A stretch of 64,000 nt of DNA from Callorhinchus milii (taxonomy: Eukaryota). The translations under genes and the position numbers were made by a program. The notes beneath the pieces are model-generated. The model was not told the origin of the DNA and ran no database searches. It saw only the letters and a list, made by a program, of their open reading frames with translations. Below are positions 40,564-52,718 of this stretch, one piece after another. The DNA lies in assembly GCF_018977255.1 (NCBI RefSeq), contig NW_024704743.1:3474001-3538000 (forward strand), written 5' to 3'. Numbering within the stretch: position 1 is the stretch's first letter; each line of letters opens with the position of its first letter.

Positions 40564-41845
40564 CCCCGCATTGTGTCCGGAGCGTTTGTACGCTTTGAAT
40601 AGCCCAAGCGCAAGCGAACGGCTGGTTTGGGATTGCGCGATGCTCACACAACTCTGCAGGTCAGAGAGAATTTGAGACACTTTGTTCAGAAATGTCAATG
40701 CCTTGCTGTTAGACCAGGGAGCGTCGGGTTTACTGAAGAGTTTCAACACTTCCTCCAGCACTTGAACGATGACAGCAGCTTTGTTTTGCTTCGCCTGTCG
40801 GAAGGAGAGAGACGGATTTAAAAAAAAATCTTTTTAAAAAAAAAAAAAATTTTTTGCGTCCTCAACCCACTCTCATTATGAATTATAATCCATAATGTAT
40901 AATATAATCCAATTATAAATCTTATTATAATCTTCAAAAACACCTTCGGTCGCTCAGTCCACCACTGTTTGTGGGACACTGCTGTGCGCAATTGGCTGCT
41001 GCGTTTTGCCCACAAAACACACAGTCACTACACTTTACAGTATATCACGTGAAGCTCTCTGCGATGTCTCAACGGCTTGATAAAGTGCTATATCAAATGC
41101 AAGGATTATTATCATTATTACTATTATTACTAGTTGACGCGTAAAAAAAGGGGAATGCGTCAAAGATATCGACAATTTCCGTCTGTTCAACTCACCAGTT
41201 TTGAAATCGGAGCAGATGGCGAATTTATGTCGTTTTCGTTCCTGCACTCGATTGAAAACTCGGGATTCTGCGCAAAACATTTTTGTTTTCAAAACAGGAG
41301 AAAAAAAAAGTTAGGGATCTTTTTTTGGGGAAAAAAAAATGATTCCACAGATTAATTGTCCTCAATCAGGAAATTTCTCAAGGACTTCGAAATGGGTGAC
41401 ACACAAAAACTTCGAATCAGTTAACTTTGGTAAGTAAAGGGGTTTGAAAACGAGTTATTTCTCAACATTGTTAAAGAACATTTTTGATTAACATTTTTAA
41501 AAAGATTAAATCGTTGCGTTTCCCCCCCACCCAAAAAAGGCAATGATTTGCAATTTGTAGTACCGCAGGTTGATAAACTTTAGCGACAGTTTGTGGTCTT
41601 AATTATTGTCAGGTAGAAGAGATCACACATCATTGAAATAATGGTATTAATTATTATATTAATAATCGACATTGCATAAGGCTGTGCGTTGGTTTTGGGG
41701 GCTGTTGGGGACTTACCAAACTTTCCAAGCTGGGCATGAGGTCTCTCCAGTAGCGCCTCTGCACACACAGGTGGTCAGAGCCATGACCACTGGTCCCTGG
41801 GGAGTACAGGTACAGGAGGACAACAGGGAGGACGATCCAGGACAT
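39325..41845 (-). CDS. Interferon-like class II helical cytokine, copy A (172 aa). Exons 41845-41717, 41267-41196, 40794-40648, 40471-40388, 39411-39325
   Basis: Manual splicing with GT-AG boundaries, all phase 0: [172 protein letters not shown]. Hydrophobic signal peptide, four Cys placed like IFN-alpha C1/C29/C99/C139, CAWE motif. The 5-exon/4-phase-0-intron layout matches fish interferons. Confidence 0.93.
40507..40560. repeat. (CT)n microsatellite in intron 3 of IFN copy A
   Basis: Direct observation. Confidence 0.95.
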
Positions 41846-42004
41846 CTTGTTGCAGCTTCTGGGGGTGGAGGGGAGGGGGTGGGAGGGGGGGAATGCATTC
41901 AACATGTTAACATCAAAAGGCAAAGAAAATACCCGAACCTGAACTCGCAAACGCACAGCGGCGGTTTCCACCGGAGGAGGATTGCGGTTTCCTCTGTCAC
42001 TGAC

Positions 42005-42170
42005 CTGATCAAGAGAGATTCTTGCCGGTCTGTGATGCTCTGGTTTGATTCCTCTGAGAGATGTGTTGGAGCATCTCGACTGCAGTCTATTTAAACTCTC
42101 CGGCTCCCACGTCTGCCTTCCCCGGACATTCCTGGATTGTTAAAAACAAAACCCGTTTCTCTTTTCGATA
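42005..42170 (-). promoter_or_regulatory. Core promoter and putative non-coding first exon of IFN copy A
   Basis: TATA-like TTTAAATA at 42095-42088. IRF-like GAAAAGAGAAAC at 42166-42155. Donor AG|GTCAGT at 42005/42004. Polypyrimidine tract plus AG acceptor at 41859, 13 nt before the ATG. Confidence 0.6.
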
Positions 42171-44347
42171 TCCCACTGTTTGCTCTGGGGTTCAGGGAGT
42201 GTTGGGGCTATTGAGCAATATCACACGACATTTCTGTCAAACCACTGCGTTTCCCACATGTACTATTTCTAAGGATTTCAGGTTAAATGTGGGTCCCATG
42301 CCAAATTATACTCCGGTATCCACCCATCAAACATTCCCTAATTAGAGTTGCAATATTCAGGCTTATGAATGGTCACTCCCATCTGAATTTTGCCCCGACA
42401 GATCTGCATCTGTTAAACTTTTGTGAGTATTGAGCTCAAATATAAGTGAAGCATATTTTACACCTTTATTGAGATGTAATAAGGCTCACATTTGGCGGAG
42501 GATGTCTCGAAGCACTTCACAGGGGTATGCTGTAAATAATAATCCTTGCATTTGATATAGCACTTCATCACATCTCCGAGCCTTATCACAAAGCTCGTCA
42601 CAGAATACACTGTAAAGTGAATTGATTGTATATTTTGTGGGTGAAACGCTGCAGCCAATTGCGCACAGCAGCGTCCCCCACAAACAGCCGTGGATTGAGT
42701 GACCAAATTATTATTACAGCGTGTTTTTGGTGTTTCAACTGTAATAATAATAATAATAATCCTCGCATTTGATATAGCGCCTTATCACATCTTCGAGATG
42801 TCTCAAAGTGCTTCACCGGATACACTGTAACGTGTAGTGACTGTATATTTTGTGGGTGAAATGCAGCAGCCAATTGTACACAGCAGCGTCCCACAAACAG
42901 TCACGGATTGAGTGACCAAATTTTTTAAAAAAGGACTTAATACCCCGGCAAAGTGATCCGCCAATCGACTAACAACTGGTTCCTACTTACTCCTGGGTAA
43001 GCAAGGGATTTGTGGAGTAAGGAAAATTGCCCATCGTTTCACCCTCCCGGGAATCGAACCCGGATCTCTCGCTTGCGAGGCGAGGGCTCTAACCACTGAG
43101 CTACAGGACACCAAGATAGAGAGAGAGCGAGAGAGAAAAGAGAGAGAGAGTGACCTGAGTGGGTCAGACACTCGCCTTAATATGTCACTTAGATGTCTCA
43201 ATGCGCTTCAAAGAATATTCCATCAAGTGAATTGACTGTATATTTTGTGGGCGAAACGTACGATGAACTATATATATATATATATGAACTATAAGTCCTA
43301 GAAAGTGATTAATGAAAATTATCGGAAGGGGTTTTGAATGAGTTATTTTTCAAAAAAATTTCGCCCACAAATACAATATTTGCGTATATATATAGCGCCT
43401 ATCGCCTCGGGAAGCCATCTCACATCGTTGGCTGGGTGGCAGAGGTGAAGTGGGAGCTGAAGAGTTGGGGGAAGGGAAAGACGACCGATTGCACGGTTAA
43501 AGAAATACGTCTCGAAAATCCACAGTCATTTTACGTCACAATACTAACCCTCGGGTTTGATAAAGGACCTTACAGTGTTGTCAAGGTGTCTGAAAGCACT
43601 TCGTAGGATTTATGGGGAAGAACGGTGACTGTATTTTCTAGGCAGACACGGTGGCCAATTTGCACCCAGAGCAACATCCCACGAGGGCAGTATCAGGCGC
43701 ATGTCTCAAAGTACTTTGACAGTAATTATTATCAAGCGTAGGGATTATTTTTTAGACAGGCAAACACTTTGAATTAAGATCCCACAAGCAGCCATCAGGC
43801 GCCTGACCAGTTAACTCCCTTCTTTTTTCGTACAGTGCTGTGGGATCTTTAACATCCACCTGAACAGGCAGATGGAGTGTTTCATTTAACGCCTCGTCCG
43901 AAGGACGAAACCTCCAACTATGTAAGCCCCAACAACACCTCGCCACCGCAGTCACCACCCGGGCTCGGACCCACAAGCTTCTGATTCAGAGGCAAGGTTT
44001 CTACCAACCGAGCCAGGCTGCCAACACAGAGCACGGGGAAGGAGAGGGTCCCGTTCACTTAAAGGGTACGGAGGAAAGACGGAATGAATAGTCAATAAGA
44101 TCTCAGTGCACCAAACTGACACCAGCTACACCGGCCCTTAAATTCTAAATGAATTTGTTTTAATTCTGTGATGCTTTCTGGCTGTATCGCACATTTCAAA
44201 TTGCAGTAATAAAAATAAAAACTGGTGGTAAACTTGAGCTCTGTGTGCAAGAAAGCACTCATCTCACACGTGGCGGAGTGATCAATTTCCCAAAATTACA
44301 ATTCCACCTGTTCTTCCACACAATGTCATTTCATCACCTTTGCCGGG

Positions 44348-44612
44348 ATCGCTCTGCCTGCAGCTGTTCTGCTTTGATAGATACTTTCACTCAAAGCAAA
44401 AGTTAACTGTTCAAAAGGAAGTTGTGGTGAGACCTGAGGCGACTCTGGTAACCGATGCCACTGAATATGAAGACCCGCCCAGTTGAGCAAAGCGGGAGTT
44501 GTCCTTATATGCACCAGAAATAGGAATTCCTTCCTTTCTCTTTCTATTTACAGATGTTACGTGGAGACAGGTAGAAATTCTGTGAAGCCACCTGTGCACT
44601 GCAACTATGAAA
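44348..44612. promoter_or_regulatory. Conserved non-coding block 1b (paralog of 1a)
   Basis: Aligns with 32878-33140. AGGAATTCC at 44522-44530, TTTCTCTTTC (GAAAGAGAAA on minus) at 44535-44544, ACTTTCACTC at 44383-44392. Confidence 0.5.
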
Positions 44613-45954
44613 CACACACGAGCTAACACACAATCTTCCCACAATAAGCCACAGTTTAGTATTGCCAGTTTAATAAATGTTTGCCTATTAATTGTGAGGT
44701 GGTTTATGGCATAAAGTGGCTGCAGGAAGCCGAACAGGCAAGACCTCAGTTTAACGTTCATCCAAAAAATAGATAGCAACAATAACTTGCATTTACATCG
44801 ATAATAGGATAAATGATTCTATGGAACGCGTTGCTAGACAATGTATTCACGAAACGTTTATTCTGGGGACTCTTCAGCTCTGTTCACTATATGTTGTAGC
44901 CACCACAAGAATAATAAAAACATGCACTTACAATAATAATAATAATAATTCTTGCATTTGATATAGCGCCTTATCACGTCAAATATCGAGTAAGGCATTC
45001 TACAGAAAATGCACACTAAACATTCTGGAAAACCTAGGAAGTGTTTATATTTAATATAATTTTTTTTTGAAGGGATTATTACCCCCGGAAAAGCGATCCG
45101 CCAATCGTCTAACAACCGGGTTCCTACCGTGTGGAGTAAGGAAACTTGGCCAACATTTCGCCTCTCGCTTGTGAGCTGAGTCTACAGGAGCTACAGGATT
45201 TACATAGTCTCTCACCTGGTTGAAATGTCTGAAAGAGCTGGTGTGGGAGCTTGACCAAGATGGAAGAGAAGTATTTTAATGGTTACTCCAGGAACTTATT
45301 TTTTATTATTGATTAGTTATTGGGGAAGTGCCATCCTTCGGATGAGATGTTAAACCGTGATGCGGTTCAGGTAGACGTTAAAGAACATAAGGCACTATTC
45401 CAAACGAGAAGGGAGTGCCTCGGTCAACAGTTCCCCAGACAAAAGTGGTTTGTTTGTGAGGCACTGTTGTGTGTAAATTGGTAGCCACGTTTGCCTACAA
45501 AATGCACAGTCACCGCGCTTTAGAGTAAATCCTGCGAAGCGCTTTGAGGTGTTCTCCTGACGTAAGAGGTGCTGCATCAAATGCAAAGATTATTTTATTA
45601 TTATTTTCCACAAACGTCTCAGAGTTTAGAAGTCGTCAGAATGACTTCGAGCTCTCTGATAATACTCAGCGTCAGTAATGGTAAGATTTTGGCTCTTTAT
45701 ACTGCCTTTGCCCGCAATCTTTCTCCCTCAAATGTAATAATCCTTGCATTCTCGTCTGATATAGTGCCTTTCACATCAGAAGGACATCGGAAAGCGTTTC
45801 ACAGGATTTACTGTGTCGCTGGTCTAACAATCACCGCCGGATTAATTGACATTTTTTCTGATAGACCCCTATTTTCTTCTCTGCCCATAATTAAGCACTT
45901 GTGAATGCGCGCGCGTGAGCTGTAGTCTCATTCGTAGGGTATTTCCAAGTACCT

Positions 45955-46250
45955 TTCTTTCAGCACGAAGAGCATGAAAAATATACCGACTGTTGCTTAA
46001 GGTGCAAAAGTTTCAGGCTCCGCAGAAATGAAAGTTGAGAAATAGTATGTAGTTCCAGTTAACTGCTGGAATTCGAGCAGCAATGGAATGGAAACACCTG
46101 GCAATTATGCTGGTCAGTAAACGCGAGGTGTGGGAATGGTGTAAAGTGAAGGAAATAAAAGCGATGCACAATCATAGTGAAACTGCCCTCATGTTGACAA
46201 ATGGAAGCGTGTCATTCCAGGTAAATATTAACAGGAATTGAAAGTGGGCT
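45955..46250. promoter_or_regulatory. Conserved non-coding block 2b (paralog of 2a)
   Basis: Shares CCGACTGT, AAGTTTCAG, GCAGAAATGAAAGT (core 46025-46035), GCTGGAATTC, AGTAAAC and ATCATAGTGAAACTGC with block 2a. Confidence 0.45.
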
Positions 46251-46555
46251 TGGTTTGTTGCATTCTGTTTTCCTAAGCACCGTATTACAAGTATTCCATT
46301 CACGGCCTTGCTCCCTCCTACCTCTCCGACCTACTATCCCCCTACCTACCTGCCCGTACCCTCCGTTCCTCTGGCTCCGGTCTGCTCCACGTCCCCCGCC
46401 CCAACCGCCCTACCATCGGTGGTCGGGCCTTCAGCCTCTCAGCCCCGAGGCTCTGGAACTCCATCCCCCAGTGCCTTCGCCGCTTCCTCCCTTTCCTCCT
46501 TCAAGGCCGGTCTCAAAACCTTTCTCTTTGACCGTGCCTTCAGCTCCACTCTCGA

Positions 46556-46750
46556 CTCTCTTCCCCCTCCTCGCTCCCTCCCTTCCCTCCCCTCACCCTG
46601 ACCATTTCCCCCTCCTCGCTCCCTCCCTTCCCTCCCCTCACCCTGACCATTTCCCCCCTCCTCGCTCCCTCCCTTCCCTCCCCTCACCCTGACCATTTCC
46701 CCCCTCCTCGCTCCCTCCCTTCCCTCCCCTCACCCTGACCATTTCCCCCT
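46556..46750. repeat. Pyrimidine-rich tandem repeat of about 47 bp (4 copies) in an L2 3'UTR
   Basis: TTCCCCCTCCTCGCTCCCTCCCTTCCCTCCCCTCACCCTGACCAT repeated. Confidence 0.9.
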
Positions 46751-47544
46751 GCTCGGGTCATGACCCAACTGTGCAGCGCCTTGGGACGTCCTCCTGACGT
46801 GAAAGGCGCTTTATAAATGGAATCTTGTTGTTGTTGTTGTTGTTTCTTCACCCAGTTAATATCCAATAAGATATTTGACCATAATAATAATAATAATAAT
46901 AATAATCCTTGCATTTGATACAGCGCCTCGTTGAGACACCTCAATGCGCTTCACAGAATATACTTGTAAAGTGGATATTATTATTATTATTGTTATTATT
47001 TTGTGGGCAAAACGGGGCAGCAGTGTCCGTCAATCGCCTAACAACCGGGTTCCTACTGACAGCTGGGTAAACAGAGGCAGGGTAAGGAAACTTGGCCAAG
47101 GTTTCGTTCCACCAGGAAATCAAACGTGGGCCCTCTCGCTTGCGAGGTGAGCGCTCTAACCATTACACTCCAGGGTTTAACTGATGTGCAGATTTCTGAT
47201 TTGATGCCTGTTGTCCCTCTGCAACTGTGCCGATGGTCACCTGCCCTTCGCACAGGCTTGGTGTCAAGCTCCGCCAGTGTTAAGGGTTCCAAGATGCCAT
47301 CCCACGTGAAGGACCCTATACAAATGCATTTTGTTATGATTGTTTGTTGATGCTTCCAATGGAGACACACAAGCACAAGTAACTACACACTCAGATATAC
47401 GCACACACAAGCATTGCTAACTATACTGTTTAATAACTGTTCTTATGTTAGCTACATGGAGAGAATATTTAACCTGCCAGTAATGTTGCAGCCCACTCCC
47501 ATTTTAAGCTCTCTGAGCTTGCACGAAGGGAAGATGTTGTTGTT

Positions 47545-48055
47545 GTCCAAAATTCCGCAGCTCGTGTACTCTCACGCACCAGGCTCCGCGACCCCATCAC
47601 TCCCACCCTCGCCCGACTCCACTGGCTCCCCATCCCCCAGAGGATCGAGTTCAAGATCCTCGTCCTCACCTTTAAGGCCATCCATGGCCTTGCCCCCTCC
47701 TACCTCTCTGACTTGCTGACTCCCTGCCAACCTGCCCGCTCCCTCCGTTCATCAGGCTCCGACCTGCTCCCTGTCTCCCGCCCGACCCGTCCTACCATCG
47801 GTGGCCGGGCTTTCAGCCTCTCTCCATCCAACGGTCCCTTCGCCTCGCTTCCTCCCTCGCCTTCTTCAAGGCCGGTCTCAAGACCCTTCTCTTCGACCGT
47901 GTCTTTGGTCTCCCTCCCACCTCTCTGCCTTCCCTCATCCCCTACACCTCCCCCCCTCCCCCCACGCTCGGGCCCCAACATCTGACTGTTCAGCGCTTTG
48001 GGACATCCTCCCAACGTGAAAGGCGCTCTATAAATGTAATTTTGTTGTTGTTGTT
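47545..48055 (+). mobile_element. L2 LINE 3' end
   Basis: QNSAARVL..LHWLPIPQRIEFKIL-type sequence; tail ends in (TTG)n. Confidence 0.88.
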
Positions 48056-48324
48056 TGGTACTTCAGGGAATGAACGCTTTCAGTGGTGTTTTGATGACTT
48101 TGCAGTAAATTTGCACTGTTTGTAAATTACCACATTGAAACTGTTAGAAAACGTGACATATTTCACCACATTATTCCTTAATTATTTTATGTTTGTTTTA
48201 TTTCTAATGCTTTCCTTTCATCTCCAACTTCCAGCCGCTTGCAAACAGTCTGTGTGTCAACCTGGCTGAATTGGTATTGCTCTCGCTTCTTGAGTCAGAA
48301 GACATTGGGACAGTAACAGACCCC

Positions 48325-49900
48325 GCGGCTGAGCCAGGGGGAGGGGGGGGTGAAGGTGACCAAAGGTGCGGTCGAAAAGAAAGGTCTTCAGCAGAAACCT
48401 GAAATGGGAAGGAAAGGAGTGAGACGAAGGGAGTGAGGAAGGCAATTCCAGAGCCTCGGGGCATAGTGGCTGAAGGCACGGCCGCCGAGGGTGGAGAGGA
48501 GGACTCGGGGGACGAGGAGGAGGCCAGACCCAGAGGAACGAAGGCAACAGGTACTGTTTTGAGGAGAGAGGAGGTCAGAGAGGTCGGGGGCTGCAGAGGA
48601 GTGGAGGGATTTGAATATGAGGGTGAGGCTCTTGAAGTTGATCCTCTCTGAGATAGGCGGCCGGTGCATTCTGGCTAGGACTGGGGCGATCGGGGAGCGG
48701 AGTTTGGTGCGGGTGAGAATGCGGGCGGCAGAGTTCTGAATGAGTTGGATTTTATGGATGGTAGTGGATGGGAGACTGGCGAGGAGAGCGTTAGAGTAGT
48801 CCAGCCGAGAGGTGACAAAGGCATGGACCGGGGTTTGGGGAAAGGTATTGGCGGAGACGGGCTGTGGTGATGGGTGACAAGGGGCAGGTGGATGAGGTTG
48901 CCTGGCAGATGTTAAGTATTTTAGATGAAAAGAAGTCCATGACCTCCTCGCACTTGGCATTTGATACGAGGATTGAGGAGGCCTGAGGGGGGGGTCACGG
49001 AGGAGGTAGTGGGTGGTGCAATAAAGGATTTTAGGGTTGTGTTTAGCCTCCAAGATGATGAAGGGGTAGAAGGCCGTTTTTGTGCGTGTCAAAGAACGAC
49101 GGTAGCTGTGGAGATGCTCGAGCGTTGGCGGTGGACTGTCAGGCCAGTTTTCCACCATCTGCGCTCGAGCAGACGGGTTTGGGTTTTTAGGAGGCGGAGA
49201 TGGTTGTTGTACCAGAGGGATCGGGTGGGTTTCAGGGGGATGAAGGTGGAGGAGAGGCGATCATGGAGCAGCTGGAAGGTTGCTTCAAGATCTCCGCGGG
49301 TGGAAGGCCAGAGGGATAGGATGTTTGATGATGAGAGGGACTTTGTGAGGGTCTCAGGGGGTAGCATTTTCCAAGGGCGATAGAGGATGGTTGAGGGCTT
49401 GGTGGAGGAGAGAGGAATGTAGGAGAAGGAGATGAAAAAGCGGTCCGAGATGGCCTTGTCCACTATGCTGAGGTCGGAAATGTCAAGGCCGTGGGTGATG
49501 ACGAGGTCAAGTGCACGACCACGGTTGTGGGTGGGTGAATTTCTATGAAGGGTGAGGTTTAGGGAGGAGGAGGGCAGTGAAGTCGGCAGAAGACAAGGAG
49601 GATTTTCAATGGGAGAGAGGGGTGGAAGAGGGTGAGGTGCTCGAAGGAGGGGAAACAGCCAGAGGTGTAGGGGGTGAGACCAAGGGAGGCTTTGGAAATG
49701 AAGGCCACCCCACCGTCATGTTGGTTTGCACGGGGGGGGGAGTGTGGTGGAAGGTGTAACCTGGAGGGGAGGCTTCCACTCGGGGGAACGGGGTCATTGG
49801 AGGAGAGCCAGGTTTCGGTGAGCCCAAGAATGTCAAGGTGCTCGTCCAGGACGAGCTCGTGGATGGTGAGGGCTTTATTTGAGAGGGAACGGACATGTTG
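48325..49900 (-). mobile_element. Internally deleted L2 LINE (endonuclease N-terminus plus RT C-terminus)
   Basis: HELVLDEHLDILGLTETW-type APE motif at about 49810-49865; [28 protein letters not shown] at about 48700-48830. Confidence 0.85.
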
Positions 49901-50564
49901 GAGGGAAATGCGGGTGGGTTTGTTGGAGTGGGGTGGGGGGTGGGGGGGAGGGGGGGAGAGAGCGGTGCGGAGAGGAATTTGGGTTGTACAGGAGAGATGG
50001 TTGTGGAGAGTGGTGTGGGTGGAGGGTTGGGATGCTCACTGTTTAATGCCCTAGTTTTAAAATACGCTGATTTCTTTACAACCTCTCCTCTGGATCTCCA
50101 CAGCTTTTCCTTCTATTTCTTTCCATATTTGCTGCATGACTCTATTTTGCTTCCCGAAACCTTACAGCACCGACACGACACGTCAGCTTCCACTCTTAAC
50201 AACCCACCCCAATTGAAGGCAACGAAGGGCTCCGGAGACAAAGACAGAAGTATAGCGTAAGGTCTTTATTTTCATTTTTTTTTTAAAAAAAGAAAAACAA
50301 TTCAAACACGTTGCTTAAAAATAAATAAGACACACTTTCCTATTCACAGTAATCGTTTTAACACCTCAATACTTTAACAATTTCAGTCAGCAACAACAAC
50401 AACTTGATGTGTATAGCGCCCGTCACGTAGGATAGCGTCTCAGGAGGGATGAGCAACAGGGTCGTTCGGCACCTAACCTGGGAGAAAGGGTCAGTGACCG
50501 TGGGTACGGTGGAAGAGGCGCGATCTGCAGATGGGCAAAGAGGGGGCAAGGCGGAAGGATTCAG

Positions 50565-50909
50565 ATAATAATAATAATAATAATAATAATATAATAATAA
50601 TCCTTGCATTTGATATAGCGCTTTTCACGTCGGGAGGACGTCCCAAAGCGCTTCACAGAACACACTGTAAAGTGAATTGACTGTATATTTGTGGACGAAC
50701 GCGGCAGCCAATTGCGCACAGCAGTGTCCCACAAACAGTCGTAGATTGAAAATGACCAATTTATTATTGTTTTTTGTTTTGGAGGGATTATTATTAGGCT
50801 CTGTGTGGAGTAAGGAAACTTGCCCAAGGTTTCGCCCTCTGCCTGGGATTGAACTCAGGTCTCTCACTTGCAAAGCGAGTGCTCTAACCACTGAGCTACA
50901 GAACTCCAC
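50565..50909 (-). mobile_element. Full-length tRNA-derived SINE just 3' of the IFN copy B stop codon
   Basis: Near-identical to 6219-6528 and 56130-56457; long (TTA)n tail. Confidence 0.9.
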
Positions 50910-51097
50910 AAATAGGGAGTTCCAGAGCTTAATTTAAAAGTTACAACGACATCAAAGACAAATACAAAATAAGGAGAAAGGGTGGGGGGGTGGGGGGGGA
51001 AGAAAAGTATTCTTAAAACAAGAGTGTTCTGGCTGGCCACCGTAAGGACATACTGCCAGCGGTTACGTTCAGTTACGCTGAATTCATACCGGGGATT

Positions 51098-52559
51098 TTA
51101 TTTTCTTGCATGGTTTCTTGAAACCTCCTGAAGAATTTTTCTGGTTTCCAAGTGGACAATCTCCCAAGCGCAGATGCTGTCATCCTGCGACGGTACGAGA
51201 AGCTGATTATTTTACAACGGAAACAGCGACCGCAGCTCAACATTTATATATTGTCCTTCGTTCAGGAGAGCGTCTCTCTCGGAGTGCTGAAAGGTTAATC
51301 GTGATGACTGCCGCTTAATAATCATGTAACTCGTCAATTATTATTTATGAAAAAAATATTACTATTATTGGGTTGCCTTGCGCGCCATTGGTGGGAAGAG
51401 ATTCGTTACCTTTTCGTTCAAAAATCCCTCCAGATTGGCAAACCTCGCTTTGATAGTTGAGCGGTGGACGTCAGGGAGGTCAGAAGATGTCATCTGCAGG
51501 AAAATAAAAACGAATGAGTTTTGTTTTGCTCCCCCTCACCCCCACTGCCTCCTCTGAGCCGGAGCGTGGGAATATTTTGATATAATACGGCTTGGGCTGC
51601 GCTGGTTTGGGACAGGACCAAACTTACACAGTTCTGGAGCTCATAGATAACTTGATAAACTTGGTTCAGGAACTTGCTGTTGGTCCAGGGGACCGTTGAT
51701 TTACGGAAGAGTCTCAGGATTTCTTCCAGGACTTGAAGAGTCACAGCTGCTTTGTCTTTTTTCACCTGTAGGTAAGAAAGAGTGAGTGTGAGAGAGAGGG
51801 GAGACAAGTGAGCACCGTTCCAATCTCTTCCAAATCATTTTTTTTGTTGGAATATTTGCTTCCAGTGTGAACTCACCGGGTTTAGCATCACTGGAAATTC
51901 TAGCCGCACGTCGTATTCCCCTCTGCACGCGGCGGAAAAAACAGGATTCTATGTTAGGGAAACAGAAGGAGAAGAAATTAATTTTTTTTAAACAAAAAAG
52001 GAAAAAAGGGGACTTAAATAGATTGCACGAAGAGCCCGCTTCTCACCGACGCACCTCAAATTGCATTGCGATTAAACTTTCGCCGTAACGTTGTTTGTAA
52101 GTATCTAAGCTCACGGAAACACACTTCTTTTTAAAGCAAATTGCCACCGCATTTATGTTTTCAAGCGTCGCTTTTTTTTTAACGCCATTTGAAATTAACA
52201 AACGTTATTTCGGTTATTTAATTCCCACGGTATCGTTTGATTTATCCTTATTCCTGCGTATTATTATTTTAAAACGACAAGCATTGCTTGTATTATCCTT
52301 TATCGTTATGGTTTTATTTTGAAGGTGTTATTATTCTATTTCATTACTTTATTATCATTTTTTTTGTGTGTGGTGGGGCGGGGGAGGGAGGGGGCCGAAA
52401 TGCGACGTTGTCGGGCTGTTGAGGACTTACCAAACTTTCCAAGCTGGGCATGAGGTCTCTCCAGTAGCGCCTCTGCATACACAGGTGGTCAGAGCCATGA
52501 CCACTGGTCCCTGGGGAGCATAGGTACAGGAGGACAACAGGGAGGACGATCCAGGACAT
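51098..52559 (-). CDS. Interferon-like class II helical cytokine, copy B (169 aa). Exons 52559-52431, 51948-51877, 51765-51628, 51493-51410, 51184-51098
   Basis: Spliced product: [169 protein letters not shown]. Exon sizes 129/72/138/84/87 match copy A (129/72/147/84/87) except for a 9-nt indel. Open frame, canonical splice sites. Confidence 0.93.
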
Positions 52560-52718
52560 CTTGTTGCAGCTTCTGCGGGTGGAGGGGAGAGAGGGGAGTG
52601 GGGGGGAATGCATTCAACATGTTAACATCAAAGGCAAAGAAAATACCCGAACCTGAACTCGCAAACGCACAGCGGCGGTTTCCACCGGAGGAGGATTGGG
52701 GTTTCCTCTGTCACTGAC

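Noticed and set aside
48388..49158. 256-aa ORF
   Set aside because: An L2 ORF2 remnant spanning an internal deletion, not a host gene.
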